From Candidatus Bathyarchaeota archaeon (GTDB lineage: Archaea > Thermoproteota > Bathyarchaeia > Bathyarchaeales > Bathycorpusculaceae), in NCBI GenBank assembly GCA_963717465.1, contig OY970340.1:512001-576000 (forward strand): 64,000 nucleotides of DNA. The letters run 5' to 3'. Below are positions 50,826-62,051 of the stretch, piece after piece. Position numbers and translations under genes: made by a program. The notes beneath the pieces are model-generated. The model was not told where the DNA came from, did not search any database, and saw only the letters and a list, made by a program, of their open reading frames with translations. How positions within the stretch are numbered: position 1 is the stretch's first letter; each line of letters begins with the position of its first letter.

Positions 50826-51659
50826 TTGAAAAGATTGACGAAGACGAAACTTGGATTTCATCATTCGAAAAAAGCGCTAGCTGTTCCTGTTACCTTCATG
50901 ATTCTTTTCGTGACATCTTTGGGTCTGATCTCAGTTATGTATTATTTTTCGGTGGAAAGGATAAACTCTCAAAGCACTACTTTAGAGGCTTCAACGGCAA
51001 AACAGGACATGATGTCGTTGGATCAAGCCATTTTATCTGCTGCATGGCAACCTGGCTCCTCAAGAGTGATAGACATTAGAGATTCAGGAGGGGAAACAAA
51101 CATCCAACCATTAACTAACGATTTATCAATCAGCGTCACCGATGACGTGAACATTAGCCAAGTTATATACAATCAAACGATTGGGCAAGTCATCTATGAC
51201 CTCCCAAGCACATATTCAGCCGACATAGGCTTATACCTTTCAGGAGACGGCCGCACTATCATAAACGATAGCAGTTCCGTCATGACACAACTCTACATCA
51301 CTAATGTTGGTGAAGGACCTGAAATTTCACTATGCTATCGCCCAGAGGTATCGTACTTCACAAGCGGACAAGAAAATGGTGAAACCGTTAACGACCTGCG
51401 AATTTACATAATCAACCTGAACAGTTCAGACGCATTCGAGTTGTATGGTGAACTCCCGCTTAAAGTATCATGCGAATCAATTCAAACATCAACCTTAGCT
51501 TACAACGTTTCAAACAGCACTCAAGTCTTAAGCATAACATCAGTTTTAAACGGGGCATCAGGCCAAATTTCCGTTCCAATTTCGAGCACTGATAACGGGG
51601 CAATAATCAACGTGGAAATGGTTGTTTGCAACCTGAACATCACGAGGTGCGTGATTTAA
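50826..51659 (+). CDS. minor pilin-like protein
   Basis: 'SKKA|LAVPVTFMILFV' class III-type signal. Confidence 0.75.
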   Translation: MKRLTKTKLGFHHSKKALAVPVTFMILFVTSLGLISVMYYFSVERINSQSTTLEASTAKQDMMSLDQAILSAAWQPGSSRVIDIRDSGGETNIQPLTNDLSISVTDDVNISQVIYNQTIGQVIYDLPSTYSADIGLYLSGDGRTIINDSSSVMTQLYITNVGEGPEISLCYRPEVSYFTSGQENGETVNDLRIYIINLNSSDAFELYGELPLKVSCESIQTSTLAYNVSNSTQVLSITSVLNGASGQISVPISSTDNGAIINVEMVVCNLNITRCVI

Positions 51660-52107
51660 ATGCCGACAATCATTCCAGGTTACGTATACTCGATTTTTGC
51701 TTCAATCCTAGTTGGTGCCATAATAATTTGTGCCATAGGCGTCGTTTCAACAAATATTGAACAATCCACTGAAAAACAGCAGTTATCAAACCTTGCAGGA
51801 TACGTTGCTACAAAAAGCCTTGAACTAATCGACCAATCAATCGCCAGCAACACGAACTCCACCGTTCAATTAAACCTGCCAACATCCATCGGAAATCAAC
51901 AATACTGGATTTCAATTTCCAATGACTCAGCCAGTACAATGGGTGGAAGTAGGTTTTGGACCAAACGTTGTTTCCAGTGAGCAGCAAGCGTACATACCCT
52001 CAGAAGTTTCTGCTTCAGGTGTATATCTAAGCACTTCAGGCGCAGCTAGTCTGGAATGCTATTCAGACGTTTCCGGAATACATTTAACAATTTACGGAGG
52101 AAACTAA
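51660..52107 (+). CDS. pilus-associated protein with N-terminal TM; one frameshift
   Basis: ORFs 51660..51980 and 51922..52107 join; abuts both neighbours. Confidence 0.7.
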
Positions 52108-53688
52108 ATGCCATTTGGAAAAAAGAAAAATGAAGAAGAACAAGAAAAAGAGAAAATATCCGAAGAAGAATTAATAGGCTATTTAGGTATTCAAGGTGCC
52201 CGTGTACCCGAAGGGTACATACAGATCGAAAGTTACCCACTTAAACCGCCTTTCTCTTACGCTTGGATATTCCAAGATGAGTCTGACGGAAGCATGTTTT
52301 ATGTCGTGGACGAATTAACACTGTCTGTTGAGGAAAGGGACGCCTATAAGCGGTTAAAAAACATTTTAGAATATGAATTAAAAGCCCCCAAAATAGATGA
52401 GACTCTTGATGATTCATTCCATAGACAATTACCTCAAATAATGAAGGATCATGAGAAAGTCCTTTCTGGAATCAATCAAATAGGCATTAAGAAAATTACT
52501 TACTATCTCGAAAGGGATCTTATAGGATTTGGGAAAATAGACGCTTTGTTTTCCGACCCCTACATAGAAGACATCAGCTGCATAGGAGTTAATAAGCCAG
52601 TTTACCTTTGGCACAGAAAATATGAAAATGCTCGAACCAACATAATTTTCATAGAAGAAGAATACTTGGATGATTTCGTAACAAGGATAGTACACCGACA
52701 AGGCAAACATGTTAGCATTGCACACCCAATCGTGGACGTAACTCTTCCAGGTAAACACAGACTCGCAGTATCCTTTGGAAAAGAAACAACCCCAGCTGGA
52801 ACAAGCTTCACAATAAGAAAATTCAGAGAAGACCCATTAACAATCGTAGATTTAATTATGAATGAAACAATCGATGAAACAATCGCTGCCTACCTTTGGA
52901 TGCTTATGGAAAGCAAAATGTCCGCAATGATTGTTGGCCCCACAGGAGCAGGAAAAACAACAGCACTAAACGCGATTGCCTGCCTAATAAAACCAGACTA
53001 CAAAATCATCTCAGTCGAAGAAGTCGCTGAAATCAATCTTCCACAAGAAAACTGGGTTTCAACCATCGCCAGACAAGGATTTGGAGGAGACAAAGAAGGA
53101 GAAGTCTCACTTTACGAACTTATCAAATCAGCAGTCAGGCACCGACCTGCACTCATCCTGATAGGCGAGGTTAGAGGTGAAGAAGCATATGTCTTATTCC
53201 AAGCCTTAGCTACAGGTCACGGTGGAATCTGCACCATGCACGCTGAAGATGTTGAAACAGCCATAAAACGTCTGAACCAGCCACCAATGAATATTCCTCA
53301 AGGAGTCATTCCGCTTATGAACTGTGTGATAGTCGTCAAACAAAATAAAAACCCAAATTTCATTGCAATAGACAAGAAAGCTTCAAACAGAAAATTTGTT
53401 AGAATCTCAGAAATAAACCCGAGCGGAGCAATACATGATGTCTTCCAGTGGAACCCATCTTCCGAAACATTCACGCAGAACCTGGAGCAGAGTTATCTGC
53501 TTTCAAGAATAGCTAAAAACCTTGATGTTCCAATTGGAGTCGTTCTTCAAGAGATTGAAAGACGAGAAAAAATCTTGCTGAAGATGATTGAAAAGAACAT
53601 GCGCGACTTCCGAAGTGTACACAAAGCGCTAAACAGCACGGTAATATTGCCAGAATTAGAGATCAAAGAAACAGAAACGGAGCAATAA
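52108..53688 (+). CDS. type II/IV secretion ATPase (PilB/TadA-like)
   Basis: 'GPTGAGKTT', 'VRHRPALILIGEVRGEE', 'TGHGGICTMHA'. Confidence 0.93.
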   Translation: MPFGKKKNEEEQEKEKISEEELIGYLGIQGARVPEGYIQIESYPLKPPFSYAWIFQDESDGSMFYVVDELTLSVEERDAYKRLKNILEYELKAPKIDETLDDSFHRQLPQIMKDHEKVLSGINQIGIKKITYYLERDLIGFGKIDALFSDPYIEDISCIGVNKPVYLWHRKYENARTNIIFIEEEYLDDFVTRIVHRQGKHVSIAHPIVDVTLPGKHRLAVSFGKETTPAGTSFTIRKFREDPLTIVDLIMNETIDETIAAYLWMLMESKMSAMIVGPTGAGKTTALNAIACLIKPDYKIISVEEVAEINLPQENWVSTIARQGFGGDKEGEVSLYELIKSAVRHRPALILIGEVRGEEAYVLFQALATGHGGICTMHAEDVETAIKRLNQPPMNIPQGVIPLMNCVIVVKQNKNPNFIAIDKKASNRKFVRISEINPSGAIHDVFQWNPSSETFTQNLEQSYLLSRIAKNLDVPIGVVLQEIERREKILLKMIEKNMRDFRSVHKALNSTVILPELEIKETETEQ

Positions 53689-53691
53689 CAA

Positions 53692-55199
53692 TTGAATAGT
53701 CCTTCAGGAGCACCCAAAGGTAAAGTTTCAAGTTTACTCTCAAAAGCAACCAGCGAAGAGAAAGAAAAAATTGAACACGAGTTACCGTTTGCTGTTATGA
53801 TTTTCACTTTAATGGCCGCAAGCGGCATCTCACCATACGATAGCTGGAAGAAATTGCGCAAACTATCATTCCTTCCAAACTTCAAAAAAGAAGCAGAGGA
53901 AATGATTAGACAAGTTGAAGTTTTAGGAAAAGACCCCTTGACAGTCATGCGCCAAAGAGCAGAAAAAACAAATTCAAAAATATACAGGAATTTTCTCGGA
54001 GGGTTTGCTTCATCAATTAGAAGCGGCGGAAAAACAGTGGATTACTTAAGAAGCGAGTTAAAAGAGATTTTTGAACTTAGACACGGAGAATTAACACGAT
54101 CGATTGAGAAAATAGCAACATTGGTTGAAGCCTACACTGTAATGTTAATCGTTGTACTATGCGTCTATATCTTATTTGTTGTCTTCTCAGCAACAGGCTC
54201 ATTAGACGTTTTAACCGGTTCCGCGATTTCTTTAACACCAGCAACATCTTACATTATAGCTTTTGTTCTTCTGCCTGTAATGTCTTTAATCTTCATTTTA
54301 GTTGCACATAACATGCAAAAAAGCGCTTTCAGCGATCTATCGGACCTTTACAAGAAAGCACTAATTATACTTGTGCCAGTTGGAATTGTGATAGCAGTCT
54401 TCGCCATGGTACCCGAGCTTGACAAATTCACTTGGACCGATTGGTTTACCAGAAATTGTTACAATCGGACTAGTTGTTGCTTCTGTGATCCCTGCAATAC
54501 AATATCATAAAATCTCAAAAATCAACTACAATGCAGAAGATGCAGTTCCACACTTCATACGAGAAGTAACCGAATCACATAAAATTGGATTGTCTCCTGA
54601 GAAAAGCATCATTCAAGCAACAAAACGCAAAGATTACGGACCGTTTTCCAGATACCTCGACTTAATGCGAAGCCAAATTGAATGGGGCATTCCATTGAAA
54701 AAAACATTAACTAACATCCGCAAGGAGATCAGAAGCTGGTTTGTAACATTAAACTTCGCAATGATGATTGAAACCATGGAAATCGGCGGAAATTCCACAG
54801 AGTCACTAGAAATACTCTCTGAATACAGTGAAAAAGAACGAGAAGTTCAAATTAACAGGCGAGCAACTTTAAAGCCATACATTCTTTTAGCAGTCATATG
54901 GAGCATTCTAATTGCTGTTACCACCAACATAGTTGCTTTAACCACAATGATGATGAATAACGTAGCAGGCATGGACGCAACCGACTTTGCATCTTCAGCA
55001 AATTTATTAGTGGAAAATCAAATGGAGTGTATTTTCAGTCGGAATAATTCTTCAATGCTGGATTTCAGGATTCTTTATTGGAAAAATTAGCGAAGGAAAC
55101 TTTGGGGCAGGCTTCAAGCATTCAGCTTTACTGGCGGCTGTAGCGTACATTTCATTGATAGTATCCAAGTATGTTCTGGCAGGAATGTTTGGATTGTAA
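53692..55199 (+). CDS. type II secretion F / TadC-like platform protein; about 2 frameshifts
   Basis: 'IEHELPFA', 'EDAVPHFIREV..S.KIGLS', 'QIEWG', 'GKISEGNFGAGFKH'. Confidence 0.85.
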
Positions 55200-55221
55200 A
55201 AATAGTGTGGAGGAAAACAAA

Positions 55222-56265
55222 ATACCAGCAATTTCCATCGACACTTTCTTTGCCTGCACACTGATAATCATGGTTACATTAACAGCTACAGCCTTTTTAG
55301 TTGAAACTTTGCAAACAAATATTGCAAGTGCACAAGATTTAAACAAAGAAAGTTACTTGAAAAACATAGCAGACGCAATAGTCACAGGTTGCGGTTCACC
55401 TGTAGATTGGGGATCAAGCGACACATTGCCAAGCAGTTTCGGCTTAGCCAGCGCAAACGCTTCATATGCATACACGCTTGACCCTGATAAAATCAGCAGG
55501 TTAAACAATCAAAGCATTTATTCAATACATATGTTGACGCGTTCAAAGCTGCTAGATTAAACAACATTGCCTTAGGAATATCTGTTACACAAATGTTGCA
55601 GATATCGATTTCTTGTTCAGGCAATACAACAGTTGGAGACCAATACAACATACGATTTTGAGGTTTTCGTAAGTCAAAACTCAGCCGCTGTAGCTACAAA
55701 CTTACATGCTTATGTTGTTGCCAATAATTTTTTAGGCGAAGTTTACAGTGAAACATCAAATTCTGGCATCGGAAACTTTAGTATCCAAATTCCTAATTCT
55801 TCAAATGGAACAGCTCTCTTAGTAGTGTTTGCCCAAGCTAAATCTGATGATAGGTTAACTGCTTACGAAACATTTTCTTTTACGCATTTAACAGGAGAAT
55901 TATTACCTAACCATACATTCATGGATTTAAGCCCGCTTAATAACACATTAACGTTAACACCTAACTATACCAATATGAACATAAGTGAAGCCTACGCTTT
56001 CTCCTACACTTACCAGTCAAACTTGACCAGCACTTCAGAAAATACATATGCTATCCCGAATTTTTTAGATAACAGCCCCATCGTTTTCGTAGTTTCTGGA
56101 ACAAATGAAACCACATATTTTACGGAGTGGACAGCGTACCCATGTGTTCCACTTAGTTTCGGAGCAAACTTTGCAAATTCTGAGGAAAACGTGTTTACAT
56201 ATATAGTTACCATCAATGGTGCATTTTACAAGTTGACACTTACCTTTGGAGATGTAGTCAATTGA
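55222..56265 (+). CDS. pilus-associated protein with N-terminal TM; about 2 frameshifts; start uncertain (ATA 55222 or GTG 55207)
   Basis: 'PAISIDTFFACTLIIMV', 'G.P.DWG', 'FGLA', 'LDPDK'; continues into ORF 55633..56265. Confidence 0.7.
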
Positions 56266-56695
56266 GGCGGCTACTGAAGAAACAACAGAGGGCAAATCCG
56301 AATTATCGAAGCGTTTTTCGCTTCAGTACTAATTTTTTCTTCGCTCGCGTTAATCCCCAGTTTTCAGAGCAACAATTCAAATAATTCTCTATGATGCCCT
56401 TTCAACCACTGCGAATAATACTCTTCTAAGCTTAGACAGCAATGGTCACTTAGCTAGTTTAGTGGATAACGGAAGCTGGAGTGAGCTTAAAGATTGCTTT
56501 CAATCAGCACTTTCTCCAGGAATCTGGTTTAATGTCACAGTCTTCGATGAAAACATGAACCCACTCAACAATATTCCGATAACAAGTGGAAGCGCAGTAA
56601 ACGACAAAATAGTAGCAGTAGATTACGTTTGCCCAAGTACAAGTAGCAATTATACAATTTACATAATTAGATTACAACTAGCAACGGTGTCATAG
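56262..56695 (+). CDS. pilin-like protein; about 2 frameshifts
   Basis: Reconstructs as 'MRRLLKNNRG|QIRIIEAFFASVLIFS', continuing into ORF 56462..56695. Confidence 0.7.
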
Positions 56696-56696
56696 C

Positions 56697-57470
56697 ATGC
56701 AAAGACGCAATCGACGCAACTCAGGCCAAGTACTAATCATAGTCTCATTAACAGTAACATTGCTTTTACTTTCCACAGCACTTTTTGTAGCTGAATCCTT
56801 AAGAAGCGAACTTGTAAATCAGCCAAGTTCAACTCAAACATTTTCTTTTTATGAACAAGGATTAAGAAATACGATGATAAGCGCTTTAGCGAATGTTTCC
56901 TTAGCGAATGTTTCGAATAGTGGAGACACAGGGGTTCTCTTAGAAGACTTGGACCAGTTTGGAGCAGTAGCAGCTAATTACTCGTATAATTCAATCTTAC
57001 AAATAACAGCTACACCGCTCAATGCAACACCTTACCAAGACGGCATATGGATAAATTGGAGTTCAAACGGAGAAGGAGTCACAAGCGCCTGCGTGAATTA
57101 TAGCCTGGACTCGTATGATACTGCATCAACATACCATTCAGAAGGCTCAATTAATATAACGACGGAAATCGACGTCAGCGGATACTATGCTTTGGAAGCT
57201 GGCTCAACTAAACAGGTCAATTTAACATGCAACGTTAACAATGAAGGAAAACCTGCACTCGCCAACAATTTCACTATTTATTATCAAAAGCTTAGTGGGC
57301 GTTGGGTACAAGTTTCTTCACCAAACAACATAGTCGATTACGGGAACGGCACGTATACAATGTCTTTTACGATTTCAACTTATAATCCATCAGCAGTAAT
57401 ATCAGTAAATTGCTATGATTTAAGAGGAATATTCGTTCAAGCTAACATGACATGCACCGAAGTTACTTAA
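56697..57470 (+). CDS. pilin-like protein
   Basis: 'MQRRNRRNSG|QVLIIVSLTVTLLLL'. Confidence 0.75.
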   Translation: MQRRNRRNSGQVLIIVSLTVTLLLLSTALFVAESLRSELVNQPSSTQTFSFYEQGLRNTMISALANVSLANVSNSGDTGVLLEDLDQFGAVAANYSYNSILQITATPLNATPYQDGIWINWSSNGEGVTSACVNYSLDSYDTASTYHSEGSINITTEIDVSGYYALEAGSTKQVNLTCNVNNEGKPALANNFTIYYQKLSGRWVQVSSPNNIVDYGNGTYTMSFTISTYNPSAVISVNCYDLRGIFVQANMTCTEVT

Positions 57471-57998
57471 TTTTAATTGAAAACATAAAAAAAAAAATGA
57501 AAGATACTAACTACTACCGAGGCTGTATTTGGAATCAGGATTAATAATTTTGAGAAGCAATCCTTGAATCATAACAATTAAGCACTTGATAACTAGTTTC
57601 TTATCAGAAATAAGAAGTAATAAGAACCCCATGTGTTAAACGCCAGTTAGGATACATGAGAGTTTTTTGATGCAAACCAAACACACCTGAAAAATACTTT
57701 GCGGTTTCGCTGTTTCTATGCTATTAGAAAGATGTTAATGCACCAAAGATCACATCTTTAAGTTGAGAAAGAAAGTGAACGGAAGCAAAACGACAGTAGA
57801 TTTGCGCCATGAACAGCTTATTGCCATGAAAAAATGCTTAACCGATCTTAGAAGATAAGGCAGTTAGAGTGTTAAGAAAAACAAATATCAGGATCAGATT
57901 TCCAGACAATTGCAGTTTTGTAATTCCTGATTGTGTAAGTTTTGGTTTAATCAAAAAAAGACAGAGTTATTGTTGACTGCGCTTTTGAAGAATTATGT

Positions 57999-58961
57999 TT
58001 ACTGGATTGCTTTTTGTAGGTAGACATTGTTTTCAATATTTCCTGTTTCAACGAGTTTTGAAAATAGCATTTGTAGAGTCCATACGAAAGCGTTGTAATT
58101 TGTCCAAATAGCAGATGTCTTATCTTTTTTCTTGTCGCCTGTTTCGGAGGAGGAGTCATTTTCGTGAAATGCAATTAACAATTCTTTTCTATCTGAAATC
58201 ATGAAGCAAGGCAAATTTTGAGTTTTTACGGTTAGATTTTTTTGACCAGACCACTTCATTTGATCAGTAAAGTAATTGCTTTTCTGAGAGTTTTCAGTTA
58301 ACAGAGTAATGTTTAGTTTACCTGCTTTCTTTTTCAGTTTGTCAGTGAAGTCGCTGTAATATAGTTGCGACAAATAATCATCCGGAGCGAAAATTTGGAA
58401 TTCGCTTTGTGTCTTATCAAGTAATTCTTCAGCTTTCAAGATTACTTGCTCGCCCTGTAACATTTGGAAAAGTTCTTTCTTTGTATTTTCGACATTTTGT
58501 TGAGGGATTGATAGCCAAAGTTCTACCAGGTTTGCTTTCTCTTTTTCCAGAAGCTTAATTTTCATTTTTTGCGCGTCTACAAGTAAATCTATAGCTTTGT
58601 CCAAGGGAACAGCCGTGAATTTCAGTGGTTTTTCAAAAACTGAGAAAAGTATTCCTTTCTTTTCTAAGTCTCGAAGGATACGGTAGGTTTCGGTTCTGTG
58701 AAGAGAAATTGCTTCTGCGATTTCACCGGCTTTCTTTTCGCCAGCTCTAGCGAGGTAAAGGTATACTTTTATCTCGTTTTTGAGAAGCCCAAATCTTGAT
58801 AGTGTTTCTTCTATTGTTAATAGTTGCTTGGTGAAGCCTTTATCTCTTTTTACGTATTTCCACGTTTCTTTCTTGTCATCGTGGATTTTTATAAGGTCGT
58901 CGGCTTTTTCTATTGCTAATTCCATGTATTTCACTTCTGCTTCCAAATCAGAATTAGTCAT
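57999..58961 (-). CDS. TrmB-family transcriptional regulator
   Basis: 'LSRFGLLKNEIKVYLYL', 'AEAISLHRTETYRILRDLEKKG', 'KPLKFTAVP'; ATG 58961 is the likely start. Confidence 0.88.
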   Translation of the reverse strand: MTNSDLEAEVKYMELAIEKADDLIKIHDDKKETWKYVKRDKGFTKQLLTIEETLSRFGLLKNEIKVYLYLARAGEKKAGEIAEAISLHRTETYRILRDLEKKGILFSVFEKPLKFTAVPLDKAIDLLVDAQKMKIKLLEKEKANLVELWLSIPQQNVENTKKELFQMLQGEQVILKAEELLDKTQSEFQIFAPDDYLSQLYYSDFTDKLKKKAGKLNITLLTENSQKSNYFTDQMKWSGQKNLTVKTQNLPCFMISDRKELLIAFHENDSSSETGDKKKDKTSAIWTNYNAFVWTLQMLFSKLVETGNIENNVYLQKAIQ

Positions 58962-59089
58962 CAATGTTGAGTTTCTATATATTTTATAGTTGTGACTTAG
59001 AAATATGAATTCAAAATTCATGTTATACAAAACAAATTTTAAACAAAACAAATAGAAACATAAGAGACCGAAAACGAAAAATTGAAAAA

Positions 59090-60815
59090 TTAAGTCTCAA
59101 TTGCCTTAACTGAAGCATCAATATAAGACTTGGGCAAACCTGTTTGTAAGGTCCTTTTGCGTGTAAACTGAAGTATAAAGTCTAAAGAAATTACCCATAC
59201 GTTTAGTTTCAACACCTATACCGATAACTATAACGTTTTTCCTCAACAAATCATCGACACACTCCTTCAAGGCAATCGGCATGTTTGCATATCCATACGG
59301 CCAACCATCTGAAATAACGATTAAAACACGTTGCTCCTCAAACCGTTTAGCTAACATCTTCCCTGCCACTTGAATTGCATCTGGAATATAAGTAAGCCCA
59401 TCAAAATTTAATCCTCCAATTCTTGCCCGCACGGTTTTAGAATATGACTCAGTGCTGTCTTTTAAAATGTAAAATCTATCATTGAAAGCAAAAAAAGTCC
59501 ATGAAGTTGGGTCCGGCATCAACTCGCGTGCTGCTTCACCAACACTGATAGCCAGTGCACGCGCATATTCTCCTCTAACTTTCATGCTTGAACTTACATC
59601 AAAAACAATTGACCAAGCAAAACTCTGCTTTAGATATTCATCAAGCGAAAACACGTCTGTTGCAGGCTTATTGCTAGCCATGGCTTGAATCACAGCGCTC
59701 AAATCAAGCTGACCAATTTCCTTCCTTGGGTCTTCATCCAGAAGATTCAAAGGCTGTCCTTAATGCATCCAGCAATCTTCGGCTTGCTCCTGGCAACTAG
59801 ACTTCTTGCCCGGAGATATTGCGTAAAATCTTCAGTTGGAAATGAAACTGATTTAAAACGTGTCAAAGAAGTGACATATTGATTCATTTTAGCGGCTATT
59901 TTTTCTTGACGTTCTTTTAAGTGCTTATCAGATTCAAAAGCTTGAAAGGCTTCGGCTTCTTGTTCTGGTCTCCAAAGCTGCTCCATATTATCTATAGCAG
60001 GCACAGTACCGCCTAAGTGTTTCAAGAGATCCAATGAATGTGCCTTCAAAATCGTCACTAATTGCCAATTCCGAATCGGTGAAGATGCTGCATTTACCTA
60101 GACTTTCAGTATGGGGAAGAGATGGTGCTTCAAGAAAGGGACCAAAAGGTTCAAGTTTACTCGTGATGAATTTGACTTTTTCGTTAAACAATTCTTCAAG
60201 GTTTACTTGTTCTCCGGCTAAAGAAGATAAAATGGTGTCTTTTAATGGCGCTAAATCGCTAAAAATTAGGTCAACTTGTTGCTGTTCCTCTGGGGTAAGT
60301 GAACCTTTGATTAAGCCTACGTTAAGTTTTGTTAATAGGGCGGTCATAATTCTAGTTGAGGAAGCAAAGATTCGTTGAGCGGGTTTGATTTTTTGGAAGA
60401 ATATTGTGCTTGCATAAGCTAAGTCGTTAAACCTGTCTGGATACCATGCTTGCAGGTAAGTATTAACAAAGATATCACGAACAAACGACTTTGCAAAAGC
60501 TGTAATAATAGGGTCTGAATTGTCGGGAGCAATTTTTTCTTTAGGCAAAGATGTTAATGTATGAGTCGTTAAATGCAAAACGGTTGCTCGAAATATTCGG
60601 CATAATTGAGATTTACCCGCTTGATTTTGAGGAAAAATTTGTCCAAGAAAAGAGATTTTCCCATCAGTTTGAAAGTTGATGCTTGGCATCTTAATGGTGA
60701 AGCCATAATCGTCCATTTCAATAGTGGATTGGTTTATGGTGGAATCTTGAAGTATTTTTACTTTTGCGTTATCTTTTTGCAAGGAAACTGCCCAAGCATA
60801 ATCAGTAAACCCCAT
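59090..60815 (-). CDS. VWA-domain protein (CbbO/NorD-like); about 3 frameshifts
   Basis: 'GQLDLSAVIQ', MIDAS 'FDVSSSM', 'GLTY', 'ISDGWP', 'IGIGV'; directly downstream of a CbbQ-type ATPase. Confidence 0.8.
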
Positions 60816-60837
60816 AAAATCTACCTTAAATTCAAAG

Positions 60838-61863
60838 CTACTGCTGTTTCGTGAAGACTGCTTCTAAGATTCTGCGAACATCTGATTGAACTTCTGGACT
60901 ATCACTTGTTAAGCCAATTATCGTTTCATCAGCCGCAACTATCGGTGAATTTCCATCATGAACTAAAGTTCCCCAGTTGATCAGGTCGCCTAAAGATGGA
61001 CCGTAAGGTAAATCTCCAGCTTTGTACTGCCTGCGTAATTCGGCCCCAGCTTGTATAATCTTGAAAGCTGTGTCTTGGTCAACTTTGGTTCTTTTCTGAA
61101 GCATTTCAACTTCATGCGGTGAAATCTTATCGCCAACGCTTAAGAAATCAAAGTTAATCCAAACGGCCATTCGTCTTCTCATGGCAGCGTTTAGCGGTTT
61201 TGTTCCTGAGAATTCGGCTGTGGCAGGGTTCATGCTGATTATCATGTAACCGTATTTATGGCGTTCAATTACTTCACTATCTTTTTCGTTGAGGACTAGG
61301 TGGCCTCTTGTGTCAAGAACTGGGTTAAGCCTTGTTGCTACATCTTGCTTCATCATGTTTGCTTCGTCAAGGTACATTATGCCGCCTTTTCTAAGCCATT
61401 GTGTTAATAATCCATCAACCCAGTTTTCTTTTCCTAATCCAATGAATCTGCCGATTAAGTCAAATGAGGATGTTGATAAGCCACAGTTTACCTCCCATAT
61501 GGGTAAACCCGTAAGTTCTGCAACTAGGTAGACTATGTGTGTTTTTCCTGTTCCTGATGGGCCTATTAGCGAGCACTGCTTGAAGTAGTATAGGGCTCTA
61601 ACGATTCTTTCTACGTAGTTAAGCCCATGGTCTAGATATTCTGGAGTGTTCTTTGGGATCATATCGTCTAAATGAGCAAAACTAAAGTTTGGGTGCAAGT
61701 CATACCTTTGAATGTTATATCTGTCGTATAGGGGTGACTTGGACATTGGCCGTTCTTTGTCTAGGGACACGATTACCTTGAATTTCTCTTGTTTTAGTGT
61801 TGAGTATTCTTGGATTCTGCTGGCTTCTTGTTTGTCTCGTAAGCCTTGGTGGCCGTATACCAT
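60838..61863 (-). CDS. CbbQ/NirQ/NorQ-family AAA+ ATPase
   Basis: 'LIGPSGTGKT', 'DLIGRF', 'WVDGLL', 'YLDEAN', 'SMNP', 'LNAAMRRR'. Confidence 0.88.
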   Translation of the reverse strand: MVYGHQGLRDKQEASRIQEYSTLKQEKFKVIVSLDKERPMSKSPLYDRYNIQRYDLHPNFSFAHLDDMIPKNTPEYLDHGLNYVERIVRALYYFKQCSLIGPSGTGKTHIVYLVAELTGLPIWEVNCGLSTSSFDLIGRFIGLGKENWVDGLLTQWLRKGGIMYLDEANMMKQDVATRLNPVLDTRGHLVLNEKDSEVIERHKYGYMIISMNPATAEFSGTKPLNAAMRRRMAVWINFDFLSVGDKISPHEVEMLQKRTKVDQDTAFKIIQAGAELRRQYKAGDLPYGPSLGDLINWGTLVHDGNSPIVAADETIIGLTSDSPEVQSDVRRILEAVFTKQQ

Positions 61864-62051
61864 TTAAATCGCTCTTATAAATTGTTGGTGGGCAGTGTCT
61901 AATATAAATATTATGTATTAAGACTTGATACTAAATATATTTGCACAGTTAACAGACACACAGTTTATAAACAACACACCAATGTGCGTAATTCAAGGTA
62001 CGTACAAGAGCTTTTCTTTAACAAAGGAAGTTAAACACTTTGTGGATAAAA

